A DNA stretch of 64,000 nt. It comes from Candidatus Saccharimonadales bacterium (lineage in GTDB: Bacteria; Patescibacteriota; Saccharimonadia; Saccharimonadales; DATKHC01). Shown piece by piece: positions 49,233-57,966 of this stretch. The DNA lies in the NCBI GenBank assembly GCA_038317055.1, contig JBBQBA010000003.1, positions 11,850 to 75,849 of the forward strand. Direction: 5' to 3'. Under the pieces are notes generated by a model that did not search any database, was not told where the DNA came from, and saw nothing but the letters and a program-made list of their open reading frames with translations. The translations under genes were made by a program, and so were the position numbers. Every line of letters starts with the position of its first letter. Within the stretch, counting starts at the first letter, position 1.

Positions 49233-50315
49233 ATGCAGGACATAAAAGATAAAGTAGATGAACTCAGAACTTCAGTAGCAGATGTAATGTTACGACTAAA
49301 AATATCTGAACTCGAAGACGAGATTACTAAACTATCTGCAAAATCCAAGACTCCAGATTTTTGGAAAGATAATTTAGATGCTCAGGCTGTAATGAAACGA
49401 TTGTCTTCACTTGAGAATAGAGTCAAACCATGGCATCAAGTTCAAATTGAACTGGATGAAGTTACAGAATGGCTAGAAATGGATGACAAGAGCATGCTCA
49501 ATGATCTGGTTACCCAAGTTGAAGATATTGAAACAAAATTGGATGAACTAAAAGAACAATTAAAATTTAATGGTCCGTTTGATGACAACGACGCAATTAT
49601 AAGTATTCATGCTGGAGCAGGTGGAACCGATGCTCAAGATTGGTCACAAATGTTACTTAGAATGTATGTACGTTGGGCAGAAAAACATGATTTTAATGTA
49701 GTTATGTTAGAAGAATCGGCAGGAGAAGAAGCAGGAATTAAAAGTGTTACTTTCGAAATTAACGGAGCTTTTGCTTACGGATTATTACGCGGTGAGCATG
49801 GAGTCCATAGACTTGTACGACTCAGCCCATATAACTCTGATAATTTACGCCAAACAAGTTTTGCGAAAGTAGAAGTTATGCCAAAAATTGATAAACCAGA
49901 TGATGTAAATATCGATGAACAAGATTTGAAGATAGACGTGTACAGGGCTGGGGGTCATGGTGGTCAGAGTGTGAATACGACTGATTCGGCAGTACGGATA
50001 ACTCATATTCCAACTAATATTGTCGTTTCTATTCAAAATGAGAGATCACAACTTCAAAATAAAGAGACGGCTATGACAATTATTAGATCAAAGCTAGCCC
50101 AACTCCAACTTGAACAACATCAAATTGATCTTAAATCAATTAAAGGCCCCAATCAATCGGCTGAGTGGGGTAATCAGATAAGATCATACGTACTACATCC
50201 CTATAAACAAGTAAAAGATTTGCGAACAAAGTTTGAAACAAGTGACCCTGATGCAGTTCTAGATGGTACTCTCGATGGTTTTATTAACGCATACTTAGAA
50301 CAAAATATTAGCTAA
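49233..50315 (+). CDS. prfB: peptide chain release factor 2 (single uninterrupted frame, no programmed +1 frameshift)
   Basis: The GGQ motif is GGHGGQSVN. The RF2 codon-recognition context reads RLSPYNS (SPY where SPF is usual). TATAAT at 49221-49226 lies 6 nt before the ATG. Confidence 0.92.
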   Translation: MQDIKDKVDELRTSVADVMLRLKISELEDEITKLSAKSKTPDFWKDNLDAQAVMKRLSSLENRVKPWHQVQIELDEVTEWLEMDDKSMLNDLVTQVEDIETKLDELKEQLKFNGPFDDNDAIISIHAGAGGTDAQDWSQMLLRMYVRWAEKHDFNVVMLEESAGEEAGIKSVTFEINGAFAYGLLRGEHGVHRLVRLSPYNSDNLRQTSFAKVEVMPKIDKPDDVNIDEQDLKIDVYRAGGHGGQSVNTTDSAVRITHIPTNIVVSIQNERSQLQNKETAMTIIRSKLAQLQLEQHQIDLKSIKGPNQSAEWGNQIRSYVLHPYKQVKDLRTKFETSDPDAVLDGTLDGFINAYLEQNIS

Positions 50316-50333
50316 ATAGCCAGGTTATACACA

Positions 50334-50363
50334 TTGACAATAAGTGAAACAGTATGTTATAAT
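50334..50363 (+). promoter_or_regulatory. near-consensus promoter TTGACA-N18-(TGt)TATAAT
   Basis: TTGACA lies at 50334-50339 and TGTTATAAT at 50355-50363. The ATG at 50374 is 10 nt downstream with no Shine-Dalgarno. The track's GTG start (50344) lies inside the promoter spacer. Confidence 0.6.
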
Positions 50364-50373
50364 ATATGAAGTT

Positions 50374-50886
50374 ATGAATCCAGCAGATTTTTCATCAAGT
50401 AGCAAAGAACATGTACCGATGATTACTGAATTGGAACTTGTAAGAACAGAAGAAGGCGATCTATTAAGAGCTCAGAGCGAAGCTCAGGAAACTGAACAAT
50501 CATTAGTTGCAGTACCAGTCGAACGCCAGATTGCTAAAAAGGCGCTGGAGTTTACAGATCCATATAGAGAGCAAAATGCTAGACGAGAAAGAATAGTTGA
50601 ATTAAGAGGAGAAGATCTCGGAGCAGAGCAAACCGGCATAAAACCTATTGCACCTCGAAAAGCTTTACGTACAAGATCTATCGTTACAACTAGTTCAAGA
50701 CCTAAAAAAACCAAAGTAGTTGAACTTCCAAATAGGGATCGCAGAAACGGGCCAACTCAAATTGATACTGATCGTGAAGTTATTGAAATTAGGGAAGGTA
50801 TGACACCTGAACAAAGAGCAAAACGAATAGCTCAAATCGAAGAAGCTAAATCACGAATTAGCCACCCTAGTAATGTAAAGAGATAG
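50374..50886 (+). CDS. hypothetical protein, highly charged (R/K/E-rich), probably largely disordered
   Basis: The ORF runs 170 aa from ATG 50374. I recognise no TM segment or family motif. Confidence 0.6.
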   Translation: MNPADFSSSSKEHVPMITELELVRTEEGDLLRAQSEAQETEQSLVAVPVERQIAKKALEFTDPYREQNARRERIVELRGEDLGAEQTGIKPIAPRKALRTRSIVTTSSRPKKTKVVELPNRDRRNGPTQIDTDREVIEIREGMTPEQRAKRIAQIEEAKSRISHPSNVKR

Positions 50887-50894
50887 AGTTAGTA

Positions 50895-51662
50895 GTGTCA
50901 GCTAAAAGAGCACTTGTACCCCAGTCACACGAACCTTCCCCAGAAGGGTTGCGACCAGGCATAGATTTAAGCAGAATGAATGCTTTTGGAAGATCAGTCA
51001 GCCTTGAATATTATGATATTTCGCCTGAAACGCTTAATGAAGTTACCGAAGAAGATTTTCAACTTGTAGAAGTAGCTAGCTTCTTTAATGCTATTTATAC
51101 TTCAGGTGGTGATTTCAAGGTTGATGGCTTAAGTTTTAATGAAGACGAATATACTGCAATGGTAAGAAGTCCAAGATATTTTGGCAGATCAATAATTGCT
51201 AAGACCTATAGTGCTAGAGGTCAGGATACCAGTCCTGAAAGACGAGCTGACGCAGCCGAAAGGTCGGCAGTGCACGGTTTTGAAAGTAAAGAAAAAAAGA
51301 TGACATTGATGTTAGTTGGATTGGGCAGGGAAAAAGAATGGCTCGAGAAGCTTTATAAAGAAATGAAAGCACCTAAATACGCACATCATACTGAGGGTGA
51401 AGTCAGAACACTTGTGACCAGTGTCTGGCAACTATCTTTTATGAATATGCTAGACGTTATGTCTGCTAAAAATAATTGGGATGATAGTACCCATCAAAGA
51501 GCAGAAAAAGCAATGACGAAGAGGCTATTATTAGGTCCCCAGAGAGATAAAGTCAAATATTGGCAAGATTTAACTAGATTAGCAATTCGCTATAACAAAA
51601 ATAAGCATTCAATTATTGGTAGTCATTTAGGACAAGTTCGAAAAGAATTAGAAAAAAAGTAG
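50895..51662 (+). CDS. hypothetical soluble protein (255 aa, GTG start)
   Basis: The long ORF starts 8 nt after the preceding stop. I recognise no motif, signal peptide or TM segment. Confidence 0.6.
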   Translation: MSAKRALVPQSHEPSPEGLRPGIDLSRMNAFGRSVSLEYYDISPETLNEVTEEDFQLVEVASFFNAIYTSGGDFKVDGLSFNEDEYTAMVRSPRYFGRSIIAKTYSARGQDTSPERRADAAERSAVHGFESKEKKMTLMLVGLGREKEWLEKLYKEMKAPKYAHHTEGEVRTLVTSVWQLSFMNMLDVMSAKNNWDDSTHQRAEKAMTKRLLLGPQRDKVKYWQDLTRLAIRYNKNKHSIIGSHLGQVRKELEKK

Positions 51663-51690
51663 AACTCATTCAGTGAAACATAAGTAGCTT

Positions 51691-51699
51691 TGCTATAAT
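51691..51699 (+). promoter_or_regulatory. extended -10 element TGCTATAAT, 8 nt upstream of the ftsE ATG
   Basis: This is the same 9-mer and the same spacing as at 27451-27459. Confidence 0.45.
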
Positions 51700-51707
51700 A
51701 TAAACTC

Positions 51708-52394
51708 ATGATTGTTCTTGATAGGGTTTCCAAAACATATGGTAATAATAAAACTACTGCGCTTAAACGCATTAGTTTAAAAATTGACCCCAAGGAATTT
51801 GTAATTATTATAGGAAAGAGTGGAGCAGGTAAGACAACTCTGCTTAGACTTTTAACACGCGAAGAAAAGCAAACACACGGAAAAATTGTGGTTGGTGGAA
51901 TCGATTACGACAAGCTAAGAGATCGAAATATACCATTACTTCGTCGAAAAATTGGTGTAGTTTTTCAAGATTTTAAGTTACTACCCAATAAAAACGTTTT
52001 TGAAAATGTGGCTTTCGCACTAGAAATGGTTGGTCAATCTAACCATGAAATTAAACGAATAGTACCGAGAGTTCTAGATATAGTTAATTTAAAAGATAAA
52101 GCTAAGGCTATGCCATCACAGCTATCTGGAGGTGAACGTCAAAGAGTTGCTATTGCTAGAGCAATTGTTAGACAACCAAAAATCCTTATCGCTGATGAGC
52201 CTACTGGTAATCTTGATCCTAAACACGCGTGGGATATAATTAAAATTTTAGAGAAGATTAATCGTTATGGCACAACAGTACTTTTGACTACTCATAATCA
52301 AGAAATAGTAAATAAATTAAAAAGAAGAGTTATAACTCTACGTGGTGGCGAAATAGTAAACGATCAAAAGAAATCGGGATATAAACACACATGA
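51708..52394 (+). CDS. ftsE: cell division ABC ATPase FtsE
   Basis: Walker A GKSGAGKTT, signature LSGGERQRVAIARA and Walker B ILIADEPT, followed by ftsX with a 4-nt overlap. Confidence 0.92.
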   Translation: MIVLDRVSKTYGNNKTTALKRISLKIDPKEFVIIIGKSGAGKTTLLRLLTREEKQTHGKIVVGGIDYDKLRDRNIPLLRRKIGVVFQDFKLLPNKNVFENVAFALEMVGQSNHEIKRIVPRVLDIVNLKDKAKAMPSQLSGGERQRVAIARAIVRQPKILIADEPTGNLDPKHAWDIIKILEKINRYGTTVLLTTHNQEIVNKLKRRVITLRGGEIVNDQKKSGYKHT

Positions 52395-53335
52395 GCCAAG
52401 GAGCAATGACGTTTGCCCGTGTTTTAAAAGGTGGCCTTCAAAATTCTCTTCGTAACATAACTTTAGCGGTTGCAGCCATGGCTGTTATGTCGATTACTCT
52501 TACTACTATATTAATGTTAGTTATTGCTAATGCTACCCTTAATAGCACAATTAAACAGATCAATAATAAAATCGATATATCAGTATATTTAAAAGATTCT
52601 ATTACTGATCAACAAAAAAATAGTTTACTAGATGGACTCAAAAATCTGAAAGAAGTGAAATCTGTCGAATATATTTCTAAATCTGAAGCTCTAGCAATAT
52701 ATGAGGCTCAAAACTCCGGTAATACATCAATTCAGTCAGCAATTGCCCAGACAGCAAATCCACTTCCTGCAACAATTAACATATCACCAGCTAACCCTTC
52801 GAGTCTGACCGATATTAAGAATTATCTAAACAAGCCAACTGTGCTATCTTTGCAATCAGACCCTTCTTCTTATTCCGGTAATCTTAAAGTTGCAATTAAC
52901 AAAATAGCAAAAACAACCACACTTCTTAGAGAAGCAGGAATAATTAGTGTGATCATTTTTGCGGCAGTTTCAGTTTTGATTATTTTTAATACAATTAGAA
53001 TGACAATATTCAATCGACGAGACGAAATTCAAATAATGCGATTACTTGGTGCAAGTACCTGGTATATTAGGGGACCTTTTGTAGTAGAAAACATAATTTA
53101 TGGCATACTTTCAGCCGGAATTTCAATATTAGTTGTGGATATACTGTTCACAACGGTGTCCAATTCGTTGCAAGCAAGTAGCTTCGGACTACTGGACATT
53201 GGTTACGCTAACTTCTACTTCCGACATTACTTCTGGTATATTTTGCTGATCCAATTTGGTCTTGGTATACTTATTGGAGCCGTATCATCAGTGATTGCAA
53301 CCAGACGGTATCTCAAATTCAAAACCTCGAAATAA
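52391..53335 (+). CDS. ftsX: cell division permease-like protein FtsX
   Basis: One N-terminal TM helix, an extracellular domain and three C-terminal TM helices, with the RRDEIQIMRLLGAS motif. Confidence 0.9.
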   Translation: MSQGAMTFARVLKGGLQNSLRNITLAVAAMAVMSITLTTILMLVIANATLNSTIKQINNKIDISVYLKDSITDQQKNSLLDGLKNLKEVKSVEYISKSEALAIYEAQNSGNTSIQSAIAQTANPLPATINISPANPSSLTDIKNYLNKPTVLSLQSDPSSYSGNLKVAINKIAKTTTLLREAGIISVIIFAAVSVLIIFNTIRMTIFNRRDEIQIMRLLGASTWYIRGPFVVENIIYGILSAGISILVVDILFTTVSNSLQASSFGLLDIGYANFYFRHYFWYILLIQFGLGILIGAVSSVIATRRYLKFKTSK

Positions 53336-53430
53336 TTCATTAACCACAATAAAAAACAATCTATAATTATTAAACTTTTTAGGGCCTTTCAATCATAAAG
53401 GTTGTGTTTACAACTCACTTAGGGGGTGGT

Positions 53431-54621
53431 ATGATTAACTTACAAAATCAAAAAACAAAAATGATAAAATCAATCAAAATTAAACAACGATTTATTAGTT
53501 CAACATTAGTGTTGACCGCTGTAATAATGACATTTGGTATTGTCGGTTCATCTCTCGTAAGTGCAGATCAATATTCTGCCCAAATTCAAGCATTAAACAC
53601 TCAAAATAATCAAATACAGGGAAATGTGTCTGCTCTCCAGGGACAAGCATCAACCTATCAAGCTCAAGTCGATCAATTATCAGCACAGATAGCAGCAATT
53701 CATGCTCAACAGGCAATAACACAGGGTCAAATCGCAAACACACAGGCTCAAATAGCAGCCAATAAAGCTAAATTAGCTCAAGAGAAAGTAACACTACAGA
53801 GCATTATTAAGAGCATGTACATTGATGGTAACCTTAACACTTTAGAAATGTTAGCTACCAGTAAAAATATAAGCGAGTTCGTTACTAAAGAAGAATATAA
53901 GAATATTGTTCAATCACAGATTCAAGATACTGTTGCAACCATTAATAAAACTCAAACTCAACTCGATCAACAAAATACAGACTTGAGCGGGCAATTATCA
54001 CGTCAAACTGCAACAAATAATCAATTAAATTCTGATGAATCTAAACAACAACAGCTACTTTCATATAATGAGGCACAGCAAGGTCAATACAACTCGCAGA
54101 TTTCTGCTAATAAAGGCCAAATATCTGTTTTAGAAGCACAACAAGCAGCAATTAACCGAAGTAATACAAAATTCATTACACCACCAAACAGTGGTGGATC
54201 CGGTGGATCTTGTGACCGCGGTCAAGGCAACGGTGGATATCCAATGGTTTGGTGTAGTGCAGGTGAAGACAGTGTTTTAACGAGCGGTAATTTCCCAAAT
54301 CGAGAATGTACATCATTTGCTTACTGGTACTTCACAACTCAAGAGTCGGGGCACGGTGGATTCTACGTTACAGGTAATGCTAAGGATTGGATTTATACAG
54401 CCAACCGAGCAGTTGATCAAACTCCTGCAGTTGGCTCAATCGCAGTACATACTGCTGGAGTATATGGCCATGTGATGATTGTCGTTGCGCTACCCGGTCA
54501 ATCTTATGGTGGTTCGGTTGTTCCTGCGGGCTACATAGATACAATCAGTATGAACGATGGATATGATGGTGCGTTTTATGCGATACAAAGATCATCTGCC
54601 GGCTTCTACTATATTCATTAG
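53431..54621 (+). CDS. secreted coiled-coil + CHAP-domain peptidoglycan hydrolase (PcsB/CwlO-like)
   Basis: TM/signal segment, a Q-rich coiled coil of about 200 aa, and a C-terminal CHAP domain with Cys (NRECTSFAYWYF) and His (GHVMIVVA). GGGGGTGG precedes ATG 53431, which I prefer to the track GTG 53404. Confidence 0.8.
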   Translation: MINLQNQKTKMIKSIKIKQRFISSTLVLTAVIMTFGIVGSSLVSADQYSAQIQALNTQNNQIQGNVSALQGQASTYQAQVDQLSAQIAAIHAQQAITQGQIANTQAQIAANKAKLAQEKVTLQSIIKSMYIDGNLNTLEMLATSKNISEFVTKEEYKNIVQSQIQDTVATINKTQTQLDQQNTDLSGQLSRQTATNNQLNSDESKQQQLLSYNEAQQGQYNSQISANKGQISVLEAQQAAINRSNTKFITPPNSGGSGGSCDRGQGNGGYPMVWCSAGEDSVLTSGNFPNRECTSFAYWYFTTQESGHGGFYVTGNAKDWIYTANRAVDQTPAVGSIAVHTAGVYGHVMIVVALPGQSYGGSVVPAGYIDTISMNDGYDGAFYAIQRSSAGFYYIH

Positions 54622-54707
54622 TTAGTTTTGTGGCAGTAAATACTCAGCGTTTATACAGGTTTGTGAGTTAGAATAGTAATTAAGATAAGATAAATTGAGG
54701 GTACCGA

Positions 54708-55955
54708 GTGACAAAAACCGGGGGTTTTAGTAAAAATATTTTTATTAAAAATAAAAAAATTATAGTTCAGATTTCTGTTTTACTTGTGGTTGCTTTTCTA
54801 TTTTTGACATTGGGAATTTCAATCGGAGATGGGGTTATTCAATTTGGTAATGGCCGGATAGTATCCATTAATACAAGTAGTAGTACACAGGGGCTACCAA
54901 CTTCTCTTAACTACGCTGCAGTTCAGCAAGAGTATAATATTCTTAAAAATAATTTCGACGGAAAATTAACAAATCAGCAACTACAAGATGGTATGCAGGC
55001 AGGTTTGACAGATGCAACTGGCGATCCATTTACCGAGTACTTTAATTCAAGTCAGGCAAAGATATTTAATAATGAATTAAATAATACATTTTCGGGTATC
55101 GGCGCAGAGCTCGGCAAGAACGCGAAAGGTCAAGTGATAGTTATTTCACCACTTTCGGGTTATCCAGCAGATAAGGCTGGAATTAAAGCACAAGATGTCA
55201 TCATTTCCGTTAACGGTAAATCTACCAGCGGAAAAGATATTGACGGCGTCGTAAATTCAATCCGTGGACCTAATGGAACAATTGTGACTCTTGAAGTACA
55301 ACGGGGAACGGATCCAGTCCAAACCTATAAAGTAACTCGGCAACAAATAACTGCGCCAAGTGTTCAATCATCAATCATCAATGGTGACACCGGTTATATT
55401 CAAATAGTTAGTTTTGCGGGTGACACGGGCAGTTTGGCCCAGACCGCTGCGAACAACTTTAAAGCTAAGGGTGTTAAACACATTATATTAGACCTTAGAG
55501 ATAATCCTGGTGGACTTGTAACTGCAGCTGTTGATGTTTCTAGTCTCTGGTTACCTCAAGGCCAAACTATCATGATTGAAAAACATGATAACAAGGTAGT
55601 TCAAACCTATCAGTCAACTGGAAATGATATCTTGAAAGGGATTCCAACAGTTGTATTAATTAATGGTGGTAGCGCAAGTGCAAGTGAGATAACTGCTGCA
55701 GCCCTTCGTGACAATAAAGCAGCAACCTTAATCGGACAAAAAAGCTACGGTAAAGGAAGTGTCCAAGAAATTGATAATTTAACTGGTGGCGCAGTATTAA
55801 AAGTTACTATCGCGCATTGGTTTACACCAAACGACGTAACCATAAACAAGAAGGGTATACAGCCTGATATTATTGTGACTCAAAGTGCTGCCGATACTTC
55901 GACAAATACAGATACACAGAAAAATGCTGCAATTAAATATTTACAGACTCATTAA
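54708..55955 (+). CDS. ctpA: S41 carboxy-terminal processing peptidase with PDZ domain
   Basis: PDZ segment GYPADKAGIKAQDVIISVNG. The catalytic Ser is in GGSASASEI and the catalytic Lys in KSYGKGSVQ. Confidence 0.88.
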   Translation: MTKTGGFSKNIFIKNKKIIVQISVLLVVAFLFLTLGISIGDGVIQFGNGRIVSINTSSSTQGLPTSLNYAAVQQEYNILKNNFDGKLTNQQLQDGMQAGLTDATGDPFTEYFNSSQAKIFNNELNNTFSGIGAELGKNAKGQVIVISPLSGYPADKAGIKAQDVIISVNGKSTSGKDIDGVVNSIRGPNGTIVTLEVQRGTDPVQTYKVTRQQITAPSVQSSIINGDTGYIQIVSFAGDTGSLAQTAANNFKAKGVKHIILDLRDNPGGLVTAAVDVSSLWLPQGQTIMIEKHDNKVVQTYQSTGNDILKGIPTVVLINGGSASASEITAAALRDNKAATLIGQKSYGKGSVQEIDNLTGGAVLKVTIAHWFTPNDVTINKKGIQPDIIVTQSAADTSTNTDTQKNAAIKYLQTH

Positions 55956-56028
55956 TACCTAATTTAACTTGCGTCATCTCTTAGGCTAAGGTAGTATCGA
56001 ATCATAAGTTAAGTGAGGTGTTAAGTAG

Positions 56029-57627
56029 GTGTCAAAGAAACCGACAAAGTTTATATTTGTTACGGGAGGTGTTATCTCTGGCCTTGGCAAGGGGATAACT
56101 GCTGCATCTATTGGTAAACTTTTAAAAGCCCGCGGTTTTAAAGTAAATATCCAAAAATGTGACCCATATTTGAATGTTGATGCGGGTACTCTAAATCCTA
56201 GAGAACATGGTGAGTGTTTTGTAACTTATGATGGTGCAGAAACTGATCTAGACCTGGGTCACTATGAAAGATTTTTAGATGAGGAAATAACTTCAAGTAG
56301 TTCACTAATGAGCGGAAGGGTACTACTTAAAGTAATTCAAGATGAACGTGCCGGAAAATATGAAGGAGAAGACGTACAGATAATCCCCCACCTTACAGGT
56401 GCTATTCAAAAATATATTCAAGAAGCAGGTGAGGATTTTGATGTTCATATTGTCGAAATAGGTGGAACAGTTGGAGACTATGAAAGTCTGAGTTTCCTTG
56501 AAGCAATTCGAGAACTAGGTCTAAAAGTGGGTAAAAAAAATAGATTATACGTTCATGTAGTTTATTTACCATTTCTAGGAACTAGCCAAGAAATTAAGAC
56601 TAAACCTGCTCAGAATGCTGTTAGAGATCTAAGAGGACTTGGGATTTCGCCAGACGTACTTGTTGCACGAAGTGAAGTAAGTGCTCCTAAATCTGTTAAA
56701 AGCAAGTTGAGCCTCTTCTGTGGAGTCGAGCCGGAAGCTATTACTATGCTTCCTAATGCCAAATCTATATATGAAGTTCCACTAACTTTAGAAGATACTA
56801 AAATTGCAGACTATATATGCAAACAGCTGGGACTTAAGCAAAACAAACCGGATATTAAAAAATGGCGCGAAGTAGTTAAAAGAGCTAGTACGACTTACAA
56901 AAATACCGTAAACATAGGAGTTGTTGCTAAGTATCTAGATAACACCGATACATATATGTCGGTATTTGAAGCTTTGCGTTCTGCGGCTTGGTGGAATGAC
57001 GTAAACATAAATATCAAATGGATAAATGCTGAAAAATTGACTTCAAAAAATATTGAAAAAGAACTTAAAGAATTAAATGGAATTGTAGTTCCTGGTGGAT
57101 TTGGAAGTCGTGGAATTGAAGGAAAGATTTCAGCAGCACAGTACTCGTTGATAAATAAATTACCATACCTAGGACTTTGTTTAGGGCTACAAGTAGGGGT
57201 GGTTGCAGCTGCTAGAAATGCCGGGATTAAGAATGCTAATACCATAGAATCAGATCCAAAAACTAAAGATCCAGTTATTAGCACTATGGCTGACCAAAGA
57301 GGTAAAGAGAATACAGGCGGAACGATGAGGCTTGGTAATTACCCATGTGTGATAGATAAATCTAGCGTTGTTTCAAAACTATATAAAGCAACCAAAATTA
57401 CCGAACGTCACCGACACCGCTATGAGTGTAATAATGATTATCGATCTCAATACAAAAATTGGGGAATTAAAGACATCGGTGTTAGTCCTGACGGAAGATT
57501 AGTAGAAATGATCGAAGGAATAGATCACCCATATTTTGTAGCAAGTCAATTTCATCCAGAATTTAAATCAAGACCAAATAGAGCTCACCCACTATTTGAT
57601 GGATTTTTAAAAGCAAGTATCAAATAA
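56029..57627 (+). CDS. pyrG: CTP synthase
   Basis: KFIFVTGGVISGLGKGI, the glutamine amidotransferase Cys in YLGLCLGLQ, and QFHPEF. Confidence 0.96.
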   Translation: MSKKPTKFIFVTGGVISGLGKGITAASIGKLLKARGFKVNIQKCDPYLNVDAGTLNPREHGECFVTYDGAETDLDLGHYERFLDEEITSSSSLMSGRVLLKVIQDERAGKYEGEDVQIIPHLTGAIQKYIQEAGEDFDVHIVEIGGTVGDYESLSFLEAIRELGLKVGKKNRLYVHVVYLPFLGTSQEIKTKPAQNAVRDLRGLGISPDVLVARSEVSAPKSVKSKLSLFCGVEPEAITMLPNAKSIYEVPLTLEDTKIADYICKQLGLKQNKPDIKKWREVVKRASTTYKNTVNIGVVAKYLDNTDTYMSVFEALRSAAWWNDVNINIKWINAEKLTSKNIEKELKELNGIVVPGGFGSRGIEGKISAAQYSLINKLPYLGLCLGLQVGVVAAARNAGIKNANTIESDPKTKDPVISTMADQRGKENTGGTMRLGNYPCVIDKSSVVSKLYKATKITERHRHRYECNNDYRSQYKNWGIKDIGVSPDGRLVEMIEGIDHPYFVASQFHPEFKSRPNRAHPLFDGFLKASIK

Positions 57628-57631
57628 ACAA

Positions 57632-57656
57632 AGATTCAATATTTTTAATTGAATCT
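57632..57656. terminator. AT-rich hairpin between convergent pyrG and rpmA (possible bidirectional terminator)
   Basis: AGATTCAAT (57632-57640), loop ATTTTTA, then ATTGAATCT (57648-57656). Confidence 0.35.
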
Positions 57657-57692
57657 CTTCCTAAACGAGTTTTATTATAAATCTATGGTTAT

Positions 57693-57965
57693 TTATTCGA
57701 CTACTACTTCAGTACGGCGAACAGTTTTACCTGTGAAAAGTTTAACTTTTCGTTGTCGATATCCGACTATACCGTCTTTTTTTGCGTGAATAGTAAAGTT
57801 TCGGCTTATAAATGTGCCTTTTCCAGAACGTTTGTTTAAGCCTGTTTGTCGTACGATAATTTGACCAGTTTTTACTTGTTGACCACCAAATAATTTAACT
57901 CCAAGTCTTTGACCTGGACTGTCATGAATATTTTTACTGGATCCGCCGGCTTTTACGTGTGACAT
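57693..57965 (-). CDS. rpmA: 50S ribosomal protein L27
   Basis: MSHVKAGGSSKNIHDSPGQRLGVKLFGGQ. The ATG lies 1 nt after the stop of the upstream methyltransferase gene. Confidence 0.95.
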   Translation of the reverse strand: MSHVKAGGSSKNIHDSPGQRLGVKLFGGQQVKTGQIIVRQTGLNKRSGKGTFISRNFTIHAKKDGIVGYRQRKVKLFTGKTVRRTEVVVE

Positions 57966-57966
57966 T

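Noticed and set aside
49233-50315. Programmed +1 frameshift in prfB.
   Set aside because: The full RF2 reads through in one frame from ATG 49233. There is no internal in-frame UGA and no CUU-UGA-type shift site near codon 25.
50344-51680. The shared 8-mer GTGAAACA in the two promoters flanking the hypothetical gene pair (50344-50351 and 51673-51680), considered as a possible operator half-site.
   Set aside because: Its spacing to the -10 differs (6 versus 13 nt). An 8-mer is also expected to recur about this often by chance in 64 kb of AT-rich DNA.
256-57284. Many antisense ORFs of 60-146 aa lie inside long genes. Examples are 256..462-, 1125..1406-, 2624..2995-, 4515..4775-, 9998..10354-, 10413..10730-, 15471..15911-, 16917..17234-, 21701..21973-, 34105..34392-, 39413..39745- and 56895..57284-.
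   Set aside because: Each is fully embedded opposite a well-supported CDS with recognisable motifs. Their translations are low-complexity (S/L/I/F-rich) and have no start context. They are typical shadow frames.
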